Below are positions 1-14,412 of a stretch of DNA of 64,000 bases, in pieces. The first letter of the stretch is position 1, and each line of letters starts with the position of its first letter. Location: contig OX597815.1 of NCBI GenBank assembly GCA_951406725.2, positions 171,554,001 through 171,618,000 of the forward strand. The letters are read 5' to 3'. Source of the stretch: Octopus vulgaris (Eukaryota). Below the pieces are notes generated by a model. It saw nothing but the letters and a program-made list of their open reading frames with translations. It was not told where the DNA came from and ran no database searches. A program made the translations under genes and the position numbers.

Positions 1-214
1 TTGTATATCAAAACACATTGTGTGGTGCAGTACAGATGATTCAATCAATAGCTTGGACAATTAAAGGTTTCAGGGTGTAAGTATGGCAAATGCATAGTTC
101 TACGTCCGATCCCAATGCATGGTGGCTTAGATAAGTGTCTTCTACCATAGGCCGATCAAACAATGTCTTGTGGCTAAACTTTGTAGCTAAACTTTTTCAT
201 TCGCAAAATATGTA

Positions 215-350
215 AAGAGACCGATAGAATAAGTACTGGGCTTACAAAGAATAAGTCCCGGGGTCGATTTGCTCGACTAAAGGCGGTGCTCCAGCATGGC
301 CGCAGTCAAATGACTGAAACAAGTAAAAAGAGTAAAAGAGAGAGAAGTAA
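215..350 (+). mobile_element. 3' half of SINE family 1
   Basis: Contains the tail GGCGGTGCTCCAGCATGGCCGCAGTCAAATGACTGAAACAAGTAAAAAGAG, matching the full copies elsewhere in the window. Confidence 0.85.
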
Positions 351-1367
351 AAAATCTGAAAATTGGCTACAATAAAGTAGTTGTCCAGTCTCAATACTAT
401 GAGGAGATGATGTTGTGGAGATAAAAAAAAATGGAGGAAAGAATTACAGAGGTTTAAAGATCGGAAACCTCTGTAGTTTTAGCCAATAGCGAGACAGAAA
501 TTTTCTGCGGTTAGTGGAGCGGTGTCGACTTTCAGGTTGTATCCTGTGAAATTTATAGTTTAACGCTTGTGACATGACCCGTTTATTGTAGGTTTCTAAA
601 TAAACAGAAATACCCAATAAAATCAACATGTATCATCTTACTGTTTCTTCCGTCTTTTCATTGATTGTATGTTTTTATTTTCTAAATTTGTTATATAAAT
701 ATATTTGTCTGCATGTGTTTAATTAATGCGTATTTCAGTATTATGTATACCTGTCATGTTTTTGTGTGCATCATTAATATATAAGTGCATGTGGATGCAT
801 GTATTCATACATGTTTATATCTACATTTATGCATTCGTGTGTGTATGTGTGTGTACGTCTGTCTCCAAAACTCCAAAGTTGAGTATCGTTTTCATGCTTG
901 GATTTGTAAACTACGATAAGAATAACACAGGTCAACAAAGTATTTGTCCCAAGGAAAAGAATACCTGTATCTTATACGCTTTTGCATGAAGAATTCAAAA
1001 ATAATGTCCAATATCTGTATCACCCAAAGTTTCTCTGTTCCACTATATCCCTCTCAGTTCCTGTTACGTGGGCTAAATTTCAGTTAAGCTGTTGAAATGT
1101 GAAGCTAACGGTTTAAGAAATACTCCTAATTAAAATTTTTATGAACAGAATTAACCAACTGAAATCATAAATCCAGCTATCTGAGTCAATGAGTCCCAAA
1201 AATATATGAAATGAAAATATATGTAAAAATACTACCGCACAGAAAATATGTAATATACTAACACAGAAAAATTAAAACAAAACACGCGGGTGAAAAGAAT
1301 CTCGTGGTGTGAAGAATCAAGTGGGAAAAATCAACATAGACAACAGCGGCACAAACAACAGCGTGCG

Positions 1368-1381
1368 GTTGTCATGGTAAC
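1368..1381. promoter_or_regulatory. RFX X-box motif (GTTGTCATGGTAAC)
   Basis: Near-palindromic match to the established X-box consensus GTTNCCATGGNAAC with one mismatch, in non-repetitive sequence. Function not shown. Confidence 0.4.
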
Positions 1382-1423
1382 CAACTGCTAATGCCACGCT
1401 GTCTGTTGATTGACTAAAATTAC

Positions 1424-1436
1424 CGAAATTTCCCAT
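1424..1436 (-). other. Candidate first coding micro-exon (MGNF...) of an unidentified host gene
   Basis: Minus strand reads aaagATGGGAAATTTCG|gtaatt, a strong Kozak context followed by a GT donor. It is preceded by ~400 bp of unique sequence and a (GA)n tract at 1838-1898. No downstream exon identified, so speculative. Confidence 0.2.
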
Positions 1437-1834
1437 CTTTAATTCCAAATGACATCAGATTCTTTAAAGTAACTGGTTGATCGTAATCAAAATTCAGAGT
1501 TGAAACGATACACCAAAATTGAAAGCATTCTGAGCAAAATTAAAGGGGGCACATCTTGCGAATGAAAAAGACTAGATCCAATTTTGTTAATCGGAAACCG
1601 AACCGGGAGTCCAACTAAGGGTTGTTCCTGTTCTTCGATAGAAGACTTAGACCGTCGCCCGATTAACAGAACCAACTGTCCCTTGGGTGCTTTTAACGGA
1701 GTCTACTCTGTTACAAGCATTCACATAAAGTCCCTGGTTCTGGTTGGGCGAGAGACACTACGGTACACCCACGTTGGCACCATCTATCTGACATGACTAA
1801 TAAGACACTAATTTATTTGACATCAAATGCATTA

Positions 1835-1901
<67 letters not shown>

Positions 1902-4079
1902 AAAACGTAGTCACCAAAACAAGTCAGCCGTGCCAAATCATCAGCGTCCAAAAAGCCACACCCAATTTTTTTCATCCCATGCCGGTTTGGGGACAAATGT
2001 CTCCCTTCTTCACAACAACATTGAGACGCTGAAAAACAAGGGATAATGGGCGCTACCCTATATATTCTGATTAAGTCATTATTTTTAAAGGTTGAAATAT
2101 CAAGGATACCAATGGAAAAGATGTTCAAGACTGCGAAGCAAGTGTTTCATCGTGCTTCTCATCAGATAACCAATGCGAAATCTCTAAACCCCCCAAAATA
2201 AACTGTAACCCAGATCAGGTCATTTCACAGCAAAAACTGAAACAGCACCGAATATACTGTAACGGTTAGGCTAAATAGACCGACGGAATAAATACTAGGC
2301 TCACAAAGAATAAGTGCTGGGGTCAATTTGTTCGAGTAAATACGGTGCTCCAGCATGGCCGCAGTCAAATGACTGAAACAAATATAAGAATACAAGGGTT
2401 AAACTGCACGTAGTAACAACTTCAATAAAAGGTTTCCTGTGTGCCTATATTACTAAAACTAGCATTTCAATCTGACTCAAATATCTCAGGTAGTATTTCA
2501 AATTTTAATTATTTGGTTTCTTTTCAGAAAACCAACTAGTCTAGAAAGTACCATGAAGCGTACAAGTGATACTTTACATCCTTCGTTTTTCTTTCTTTCT
2601 TTCTTTTTTCCTATAGATTTATCAAAACATTAACTAACTAGACAGGTTAATATTTCCTAATTATGAAACAAAGATAATGATACTCTGATGCAACAGTACA
2701 AATTTGTTCCGTGGAAAACTGTAACGCATGAGCTGAAATAATTTCGTAAAGGCAACTTTATCAACGACTCAAATATCATATTAATGTAAAGATTCCCTCT
2801 CTCCATTTCTCTTTTAACCATAAACTGTTATTAGGCCACCTCCCAAATGTATAATATCTAATTGGAATGTTTATATAAGATCTAGAGAAAAAAAGTGATA
2901 AAATAAACCGGATTTATTTTTATCTATTCGAGGTCGATAGAGTTGTTTTAATCAATTGAGATTCTCTAAGTACGTCTCTCAACCTAATTTCTCTTTCCTT
3001 TCTTGTTTTTTCTTTTTTTTTTTTGTTAATGAAACCTTAATTATTTTATTCTAAATAACTCACCTCCTACTTGTCTAGTTTCCAACTAGGTTCCTGAAAA
3101 ACCGACTTCTTAGCACTAGCCTAGCTTGACGTTATTTTAATGTCAGTGATCTCACAACAACTGACGTATTCAGCACTAATTGACCGTAAATTCATAAATC
3201 GTACCCAGCAAGGGAAAGAAGAAAACATACTGATGTTAGATCATTTAAACTGTTCCAGTATGCATATTGTCACCTACAGCTGCAGAACTTCAGAAAGAGA
3301 ATCATTTTAACAGTATAATGGAAGCTAATAATAAATATTGTTTCACTTTTTTTTCTTTTTTCGGGTAATCTCTAAGCATGACGTACGAAAAAAGTACTCT
3401 ACGTAATATAAGAGAGTCAGGTTATTATTGACGAGCGTTTCTGTCTGTGAGTTTATGCGAGTGTAGATTTGGTTGGCTGAAAATGGCATAGCGAAACAGT
3501 TTTACAAACAGAAAGAATCCAATGAAAAAAAAAATAAACACAGTAACGAAATGAAATGAACGTCGTTGTAAGTGAATTTATTTTTTACAAGCGTTCCAGC
3601 AATGTTGGCCTCATTGTTAAAATTACAATTCTTACAGTATGACACGAAGTAGCTGTCATTTCAATCATTAAACGATTGCTATGCTCAAGATCAGTTTTCG
3701 TGAAACCCACATCTTAGCTAAATTCCTTCTTGAGTAATCTACTAATATAATTAGCAGTGTGTCTCCATACGTCTCTGCTTGTCCGTCCCTCTAACTAAGT
3801 TGTGTTCACTAGGTTTGAATTTCGTAGAAAAACTGGCTGTTTAAGTAGATGAATAAGAGATTTGATTTACCATATATAAATTGTGTGTATATATGAATGT
3901 GTGTGCCGTTTATCTTTGTTTCAGTTTTCCGATTCCAACGGTGGTGAGGGATAAAGTCACACACACAGATACATATATATATGAACTAAAGGTGTGCTTC
4001 TGCCAATGTTTACATCAGTATGGACGCTCTATAACTGTGTTTACAAGGGGATTTTTTAGAAAAAAGAATAAAAAGTAGT

Positions 4080-4345
4080 TCAGAATCCCTTGCCTTTGTC
4101 ATAAGGTATCGAGATTGAGAGAATCAACCAATCTAAATTAAATTGTTTGTTGTGGTCTTTTAGATCCCAAATTAATTTACTAAACCCTGTACTGTTACGT
4201 TTATTCCTATCCCTAAATGTAGAGTAATGATTGGAAAGTCTTTTAGATAGGTGAGAAGATGTGCTTCCTATATAAAAATATACTTCATTACCAGTAGTAA
4301 TTTTACACTGGTATATAGAATTTTTAATTTTAGAGTTACTTGACA
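4080..4345 (-). mobile_element. Penelope-like element GIY-YIG endonuclease fragment
   Basis: ORF 4080-4463 encodes NSIYQCKI...YIGSTSSHLSKRLSNHYSTFRDRNKRNSTGFSKLIWDLK...W.IL, typical of PLE GIY-YIG domains. Confidence 0.8.
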
Positions 4346-4536
4346 TAAACTTGATACTGTTGTAATTGTTATTAATATTTCTTGGGGGGAATAATACCTG
4401 TGATATCTTCGAAACATGTGTCGGAAGTAACAGAATTTTAATAACATCTGCGTTTAACTCCATTTAATTATTTATACTGTATATATGTGAACATATGGAT
4501 ATATATGTATATATATATATGTATATGTATATATGC

Positions 4537-4574
<38 letters not shown>

Positions 4575-4613
4575 GTATGCATATATAGACGTGCGTATAT
4601 GTACATAAATAGA

Positions 4614-4681
<68 letters not shown>

Positions 4682-4699
4682 CATATATATACATATATC

Positions 4700-4965
4700 C
4701 TGACTTCAACAGTGGAGTAAAACAAGGTTGTGTCTTAGCACCAATCCTCTTCAGCATTTACTTTGCTGTATTACTGCAGTATGCATTTCGAGGCTTAGCG
4801 TGACATATCTACCTTTGTTGGAGAACTGATGGGTCACTCTTTGATCTTTCTAGACTTCAGGCCAAGACTAAGATCAATAGAGCAACAATAAGAGACTTTC
4901 TCTTCGCCGACGATGCGGCAATTGCTGCTCACACTGAATTAACTCTACAAATAAAGATGGACCAC
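4700..4965 (+). mobile_element. RTE-clade (BovB-like) LINE reverse transcriptase fragment
   Basis: Translates as [18 protein letters not shown]...WRTDGSLFDLSRLQAKTK...RDFLFADDAAIAAHTE with an internal stop. Flanked by (TA)n. Confidence 0.85.
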
Positions 4966-5061
4966 CTATATATATATACATATATATACGTATATTCACA
5001 GAAAAAGACAAAAGATGAAGACAGGTGGTGTAGACAACAGACGCTCGGGAAGTGAAAAAGT

Positions 5062-5097
5062 CTTTAACGTTTCGAGCTTACGCTCTTCCACAGAAAG
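5062..5097 (-). ncRNA. Minimal hammerhead-like motif (variant core CTGTGGA) in a PLE pLTR-like repeat
   Basis: Minus strand: cttt CTGTGGA a gagc-gtaa-gctc GAAA CG TT aaag. Confidence 0.5.
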
Positions 5098-5477
5098 GAA
5101 CACAGTAAGAAACAAGGAGAGGAAATAAAGAATGTGTAGTGGCTAGCGATCTATCATACATATATATACAATTAGTGTACATTGATACACAAAAGAGGCG
5201 ACCGTAACAGTACACCTTAATGCTAAATGGTGCAGTCAAAACCCAAACCCCAGTTAAGATTAATTTCGAAGGGGATGAAAAATAAAACCATTTTCAATAT
5301 CTGCCATATGTACCTAGATTTCGACTGTCAATGTACATACAAATAAAATAATTGGCTGAAAAGTATAGTAGTTTGATTGCTTGTGAATGAATGGGAGACA
5401 ACTCCGGACTGAAACTATTTTTAAGTGTATAAGACCTTCTTAACCTTCAGTGTACATACTGGAATAATAAAATAGAG

Positions 5478-5770
5478 CATTGTTTCACAAATTGGTAGTC
5501 CGTGCATTGGTGCCGGTCCACGAGCCATCAACTGCCGGTGCACGGCGAGTTTTCAGAAAAGAAAGTAGCATTATAAAATGCTTATCTAATATTATATTAT
5601 TTCTTTACAAAATTTGTAGGATAAAAAAAAAATTGACAACTTTTATTATATTCATTATATATATTGTTTCCAATATAAATTAATATTACTAAGATATATT
5701 CCCGATCCCTGGGACATCGAGGGGAAAAAAAGCCTGCCAGTACGCCACATCTGATAGTTTGAGAAGCAGT
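5478..5770. mobile_element. Degenerate hAT-like MITE
   Basis: Ends resemble CAxTGTTTCACAAA...TTTGAGAAGCA with subterminal GGTCCAC-type motifs. Old and diverged. Confidence 0.35.
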
Positions 5771-6408
5771 TAACTATTGGACTAACAGGTGCATAAATGT
5801 TGGTTGAAAAACTGAAAGTAAAGCACAAAAGAATTTGTAGGAAAGGTGGAAGTGACGGACGTAAAATACCAGATGTACTATTTTTTCAACGTAGTATGAC
5901 TTTTTAAAAAATTTTTAGAACAGTCATTTTTTAAAATGAATTGTCATCTTATAAGATGCGTCCACATGCCTTCGATAATATGCCTCGATAACAGGCCTTC
6001 ATATGTGGGACTGTGTTTTGAAATGTGAGACTATGTTGTGAAACTTGAATCCACAATATCTAAGCAATGTGCAAAGCAGAAACTGCGACGGTGCTGCTGC
6101 TGGGAACATATTCGAAGAGTAAGTTTAACAATCACGTACATATATTTGCGAATCTTTGTCTTGTATAATTGAATGCAAGGTAATTGTTCAGTTTGGTTAG
6201 ATTAAAAAAGAAATAACTTTTTACACTTTACTACTCACACAACATAATTAACACTGGCGAGATAATGACTTCTCTCAAAAAATGAACGGTAACGAACAGA
6301 TTTGCTCCTTTTACAACGCTTGCCATAACTTTCCATAGTGAATTGTAATTTTCACAGGTGTTCATATTCATAATTAGTCGATGCCATGCCAACCACTGAA
6401 GAATGTTG

Positions 6409-6829
6409 GGAACTTTTTCGGTTTGAACAACAGTTTTTTAAAATAATTTCCACGTAACTAAACACTTTTAAACTTCGTATACTGGTAGAATGTGTTTATA
6501 AAACATCTTTTTCTCTTGGCTTTATTGAGAAAATTCTATGGTTTGTAAGTTATTTGTTGTTGTTTTTTCTTCAATTTCAACCAATCAATGACGTCTATTG
6601 AGGTGAAAACATTCCGTGCCGTATGAATATGTCCCTCGTTTAAGAAACAGATTAGGTTTATTTACATTTCTGAAGAAAGATACCCTTCCCCCCACCCCTA
6701 ACCCTAATCCTAACTAACCCTAACCCTAAAACAGATTGAAATGCAATAGATCGATACTAGGGTCATAATTATGGGTGACAATTTCATATGACACCGCTAG
6801 AAAAGCTGCCATTCAAACCGAAAAGATCC
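6409..6829 (+). mobile_element. GGATC-ended MITE carrying (CCCTAA)n, 8-bp TSD
   Basis: Imperfect ~28-bp TIR (consensus GGATCTTTTCGGTTTGAACGGCAGTTTT). TSD GAATGTTG at 6401-6408 and 6830-6837. Internal ccctaa repeats at ~6696-6729. Same family as 59253-59704. Confidence 0.9.
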
Positions 6830-7027
6830 GAATGTTGTCTCCAGCGTTTCCTAATTGAATGATAGTCCATGATTCCTCTAAGATTGATTCGTACCTTTGC
6901 TTCTTTTAATTTTTATTTACTTTCTTAATCTCACCAAACTGAGCAATTACCTGAATGCAATATTCTACCTTTAGTATGTATACATTGCCTTGTTTCTTTT
7001 CACGTTGTATAATGGTTTCAAAATTTA

Positions 7028-7415
7028 GCAGGAGTGGCTGTGTGGTAAGTAGCTTACTTACCAACAACATGGTTCCGGGTTCAGTCCCACTGCGTGACAC
7101 CTTGGGCAAGTGTCTTCTACTATAGCCTAGGGCCGACCAAAGCCTTGTGAGTGGATTTGTTAGATGGAAACTGAAAGAAGCCCGTCGTATATGTGTGTGC
7201 GTGTGTGTGTGTGTATATGTTTGTGTGTCTGTGTTTATCCCTCCAACATCGCTTGACAACCGATGCTGGTGTATTTATGTACCCATCACTTGGCGGTTCG
7301 GCAAGAGAGACCGATAGAATAAGCACTAGGCTTACAAAGAATAAGTCCTGGGGTCGATTTGCTCGACTAAAGGCGATGCTCCAGCATGGCCGCAGTCAAA
7401 TGACTGAAACAAATA
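7028..7415 (+). mobile_element. tRNA-derived SINE family 1 (octopus OK/OR-type), full length
   Basis: A-box TGGCTGTGTGGT, B-box GGTTCAGTCCC, then CCTTGGGCAAGT, internal (GT)n and a LINE-like 3' tail. Many copies in the window. Confidence 0.9.
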
Positions 7416-7625
7416 AATTTTTATGGGAGAAGTAAGTCGAGTAAATCAGCCCCTGTGCTCAACAGGTACTTATTTAATCTTCGCTGCAAGAATGAAAGAC
7501 AAAATCCACTACAACGGAATTTGAACTGCAAACATCAAGAGCTGGAAGAAATGCCGCTAAGCATTTTGTCCGGGATGTTAACGATTCTACAGCTCATACT
7601 GTATAATATCAAGTATGTTTTTCTT

Positions 7626-7823
7626 AAGGCGGCGAGCTGGCAGAAACGTTAACACGTCGGGCGAAATGCTTAAGGGTATTTCGTCTGTCTTTACGTTCTG
7701 AGTTCAAATTCCGCCGAGGCCTTTCGGGGTCGATAAATTAAGTACCAGTTGCGTACTGGAGTCGATCTAATCAACTGGACCTCTCCCCAAAAATTTCGAG
7801 CCTTGTGCCTAGAGTAGAAAAGA
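7626..7823 (+). mobile_element. SINE family 2 (Meta-domain-like)
   Basis: Head GGCGGCGAGCTGGCAGAAACGTT, B-box GAGTTCAAATTCC, central CCTTTCGGGGTCGATAAATTAAGTACCAG. Confidence 0.8.
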
Positions 7824-8188
7824 ATATCAAGTATGTTTCGTAATTTCGGTTTATTCTTATCCTTTTATTTGTTTCAGTTATTTGACTGTGGCTATGCTGG
7901 AGCACCGCTTTATTTTAATTAAGTTTTGGGGATTTTTATTTTACAGAAATAACACGGAATTTACTTTCAAATCTCTTGTATTCTATTGTCATCACCACCT
8001 CCTCCGTCTTTCTCTCTTCTCTTTCACTTTTGTATACGTTACCTAGTAGTTGTACAAAAAGCCATAATAGAGGACTTTGGTGTACTACATGATCCGATGT
8101 GTCCTCTTTTTTAAAAAAAGAATCTTTCAGGTATAACCGGCAGAAAACTTTACTACTGTTTCTAACAGATCAGGCTACTACATACAGG

Positions 8189-8609
8189 GGATCTTTTCGG
8201 TTTGAACGGCAGTTTTTTCTAGCGGTGTCATATGAAATTGTCACCCATAATTATGACCCTACTATCGATCTATTGCATTTCAATCTGTTTTAGGGTTAGG
8301 GTTAGGGATGGGGGGAATGGTATCTTTTTTTCTTCAGAAATGTAAATAAACCCAGGATCTTTTCGGTTTGAACGGCTGTTTTTAAAAATAATTTCCACGT
8401 AACTAAAAAATTTAAAATTTCGTATACTGTTAGAATGTGTTTATAAAACATCTTTTTCTCTCGGCTTTATTGAGAAAATTCTATGGTTTTTTTTGTTGTT
8501 TTTTTTTCTTCAATTTCTGCAATTTCAACCAATCAATGACATCTATTTGAGGTGAAAACATTCTGTGCCGTATGAATATGTCCCTCGTTTAAGAAACAGA
8601 TTGGGTTTA
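8189..8609. mobile_element. Internally rearranged copy of the GGATC/telomeric-repeat MITE
   Basis: 8189-8354 is the reverse complement of the right part and 8355-8609 is the left part in forward orientation. The split site 8-mer is duplicated in inverted form (TAAACCCA 8347-8354, TGGGTTTA 8602-8609). Confidence 0.85.
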
Positions 8610-9423
8610 GGATCTTTTCCTTTTGAACGGCACATGTCAACACAATTTCTAGTTAACTAAACATTTTAAAACTTCGTATACTGATAGAATGTGTCAAAAT
8701 AAAACATTTTTTTCTCTTGGTTTTCTTGATAAAATTGTAATTCGTTTGTTTAACGTAATTTAATTTTTCGAATTTTAACCAATGAATCGCCTCTAATTGA
8801 GCTAAAAATCATTTGCTGCGTCTGAAACTGAGACAACATCCTGTCACTAATCCTAAACCTAACCCTAATTTTTTTTTTCTTAATTGTTAAATCAATTTAA
8901 TTGTTACGAGTGTAAAAAAAAAAAAAACGGAAGGCTAAAACGAAAGCAATGGAAAATAATTTAAACAATTAACAAACAAAATAATTCTATAATTTTATAC
9001 ACACGCTTTCTGTATACGTACGGAAAGCGTGTGCATAAAATTATAGAATTATTTTGTTTGTTAATTGTTTAAATTATTTTCCATTGCTTTCGTTTTAGCC
9101 TTCCTTTTTTTTTACACGTGTAACAATTAAATTAATTTAACAATTAAGAAAAAAAAAAAATTAGGGTTAGAGTGAGGTTTAGGGTTAGTGACAGGATGTT
9201 GTCTCAGTTTCAGACGCAGCAAATGATTTTAGCTCAATTAGAGGCGATTCAATGGTTAAAATTCGAAAAATTAAATTACGTTAAACAAACGAATTACAAT
9301 TTTATCAAGAAAGCCAAGAGAAAAAATGTTTTATTTTGACACATTCTACCAGTATACGAAGTTTTAAAGTGTTTAGTTAACTAGATATTGTGTTGACATG
9401 TGCCGTTCAAAAGGAAAAGATCC
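8610..9423. mobile_element. ~814-bp foldback (palindromic) DNA element related to the GGATC MITE
   Basis: Two ~405-bp inverted arms from GGATCTTTTCCTTTTGAACGGCAC to GTGCCGTTCAAAAGGAAAAGATCC, centred at ~9016. The arms carry degenerate CCCTAA/TTAGGG repeats. Confidence 0.9.
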
Positions 9424-9813
9424 AATTTTTGTGCGTTAACAATTTTTATAACTTGGAAATAAATTTTGGAAATAATCAGAATTAATTGTGAAATCCAGCG
9501 ATTATTTTCCGCGATATTTTTTACGTGATTTTTTGCGATGAATATGGAGAAAGTAACTGCAACAAATACTCCACAACAAGTCAGAGATCTGTTTGCAGAT
9601 CTTCCGATTCGGGGTCATTAGTTTGAAAGCCCAAGTGACTTTTAGGCTAGTTAAGCACTATATTTAAGTCAATCCCGTAATGTATTGGATATTTGGTTTG
9701 TGCAATATTCAATAATTGGTGTAATGTCTTTATGTGAGAGCTATAAGAACTTTATTTGAGAACTATAAAGACTGAGTTAGTGGAGAAAAAGAAGTAAACA
9801 CACACACACATAC

Positions 9814-9870
<57 letters not shown>

Positions 9871-9900
9871 ACACATATATATTATATATATATATAAATG

Positions 9901-9939
<39 letters not shown>

Positions 9940-9951
<12 letters not shown>

Positions 9952-10291
9952 GGCAAAATGTCTGTGTATCTGCGTGTCAGTGTGTCCTTTGTACAAATCC
10001 ACAGTTTTTCATGTGAAGATCGTTTCATTTCCCCAGTCACCTCAGAAACCCATTAAAAAATTTGATAACCCAACACCTTATGCCCATAAATTAAGGGCAT
10101 ATGGGCATTGCTGAAGTCCAATGAATATTGATGACTCATAAAAAGCTCCAACTAGCTCATAAACAACAAAACTGGCCTTGAATGAAGTGTGATAAACTGA
10201 GCTCTTGATTTAGTGAGAAATTTCTACTGCGAACCGGCAACGAACAACAAGCACTAGCACTAGACCCGGAAACGTCTGGTCATGGTGCTAG
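9940..10291 (+). mobile_element. Non-autonomous Helitron-like element
   Basis: 3' imperfect hairpin GACCCGGAAACGTCTGGTC followed by CTAG|T. The 5' end merges into (TA)n followed by tgtctgtgt, as in the other copies. Confidence 0.5.
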
Positions 10292-10362
10292 TGTATAGTT
10301 ATATATATGTACATATATACGTATATATATATATATATATATACGTATATATATATATATAC

Positions 10363-10432
<70 letters not shown>

Positions 10433-10523
10433 GTATATATGTACATATATATATATACATATATATGTATGTGCATGTGTGTGTGTGTACATGTATGTGT
10501 TTATGTATATATAGATTTATGTA

Positions 10524-10612
<89 letters not shown>

Positions 10613-10639
10613 AAAAGGAGATGTCGAACACGAGTGGTG

Positions 10640-11130
10640 ATATATAAAAAAGGAAATGAAGAAAATGCTGACAAATAATTGAAGTAATTTAAGTAATTTA
10701 ATTAGGTGAAAGTTCTTTTTACCGGTTGCGCATTTGTTATGCTTATCAAAATATAAAAGAGAGATTAGAGTCTGTCTCTTATATGTGAAAAAAAGAGGCT
10801 CCAGAGTTGTTTGGGATTTGCTTGGTTTCGCGCCTAAAATTTTGATTGGTCATTATGAAGGGGTCACGTGAATGTTTGAATGGAAGTTGGTGTTGGGGTA
10901 AGAAAAAAGGCTCCAGAGAAGTTAAAATTTTGGCTAGTGTCCCGCCTAAAATTTCTTATTGGCCATAATAAAGAGGTCACGTGAATGTTTAGAATTTTCG
11001 AAAATAGTGTTGTTGAAAATTCTTATTGTTCAGGCTGGTCAGTAGACGTCATGTGGATATTTTAAATAGCTTTTTAGCGCGTAGTTAGGGAGTGTATTTT
11101 CCGCTTGACTGGATAAGTAAGTTCGTTTAG
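10640..11130 (-). mobile_element. PLE pLTR-like remnant with variant hammerhead motif (10715-10752)
   Basis: Minus strand: tttTGATAA gcat-aacaa-atgc GCAA CCGG TA aaaa. The same motif and downstream sequence occur at ~34653-34720 on the plus strand. Confidence 0.45.
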
Positions 11131-11489
11131 AACAGGGAGAGCTGTATGTATGTATGTGTGTGCGCGCGCGCGCGTGTGTGTGTGTTTATATGTATGTTGG
11201 GGCGCGCGCGCGTGTATATATGTGTGTGTGTGTGGGTAAAATTTTCAATATTTATAGTTCTGCTGGCCTTGTGCCTGTATCGGGAAGCAACGTATTTGTG
11301 TGAAGTCAATATTTACAGCCATTTCCAAAAAATAGTGTTGGATGTTTTGCACCCGTATTCAATTATGTGTATGTGTGGAACCATATATTTGTGTGTGTCA
11401 TGGTGTTAATATCTGGGTAAAGGTGTGTGTAGGGTGTGTGCAGGTGTAAGTGTGTTTGTTGTGGGTTCGTGTTAGGGGCATGTGTTTAG

Positions 11490-12198
<709 letters not shown>

Positions 12199-12224
12199 TA
12201 TATATATATATAAATATATATATA

Positions 12225-12340
<116 letters not shown>

Positions 12341-12362
12341 TATATATATATTCATATATATA

Positions 12363-12560
<198 letters not shown>

Positions 12561-12616
12561 TATATATATTCATATATATATATAAATATATATATATTCA
12601 TATATATATATATATA

Positions 12617-14138
<1,522 letters not shown>

Positions 14139-14317
14139 TATATATATATTTATATATAATTTCAACAATTGAGGGTAAAATTAATAATGAGTTCAGTATG
14201 CGGCGAAGTAATTTATTTTACTAAGCCCTTTTTATATAATGTAATAATTATATTTATATATATATATATATATATATATGATATATATATATATATATAT
14301 ATATATGAATATATATA

Positions 14318-14407
<90 letters not shown>

Positions 14408-14412
<5 letters not shown>

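Noticed and set aside
1487-1796. Short ORFs on both strands in unique sequence
   Set aside because: There are no recognisable domains and all frames are interrupted. The region is more likely UTR or promoter.
7028-7110. tRNA genes at SINE heads
   Set aside because: A and B boxes are present but run directly into SINE bodies, with no complete cloverleaf.
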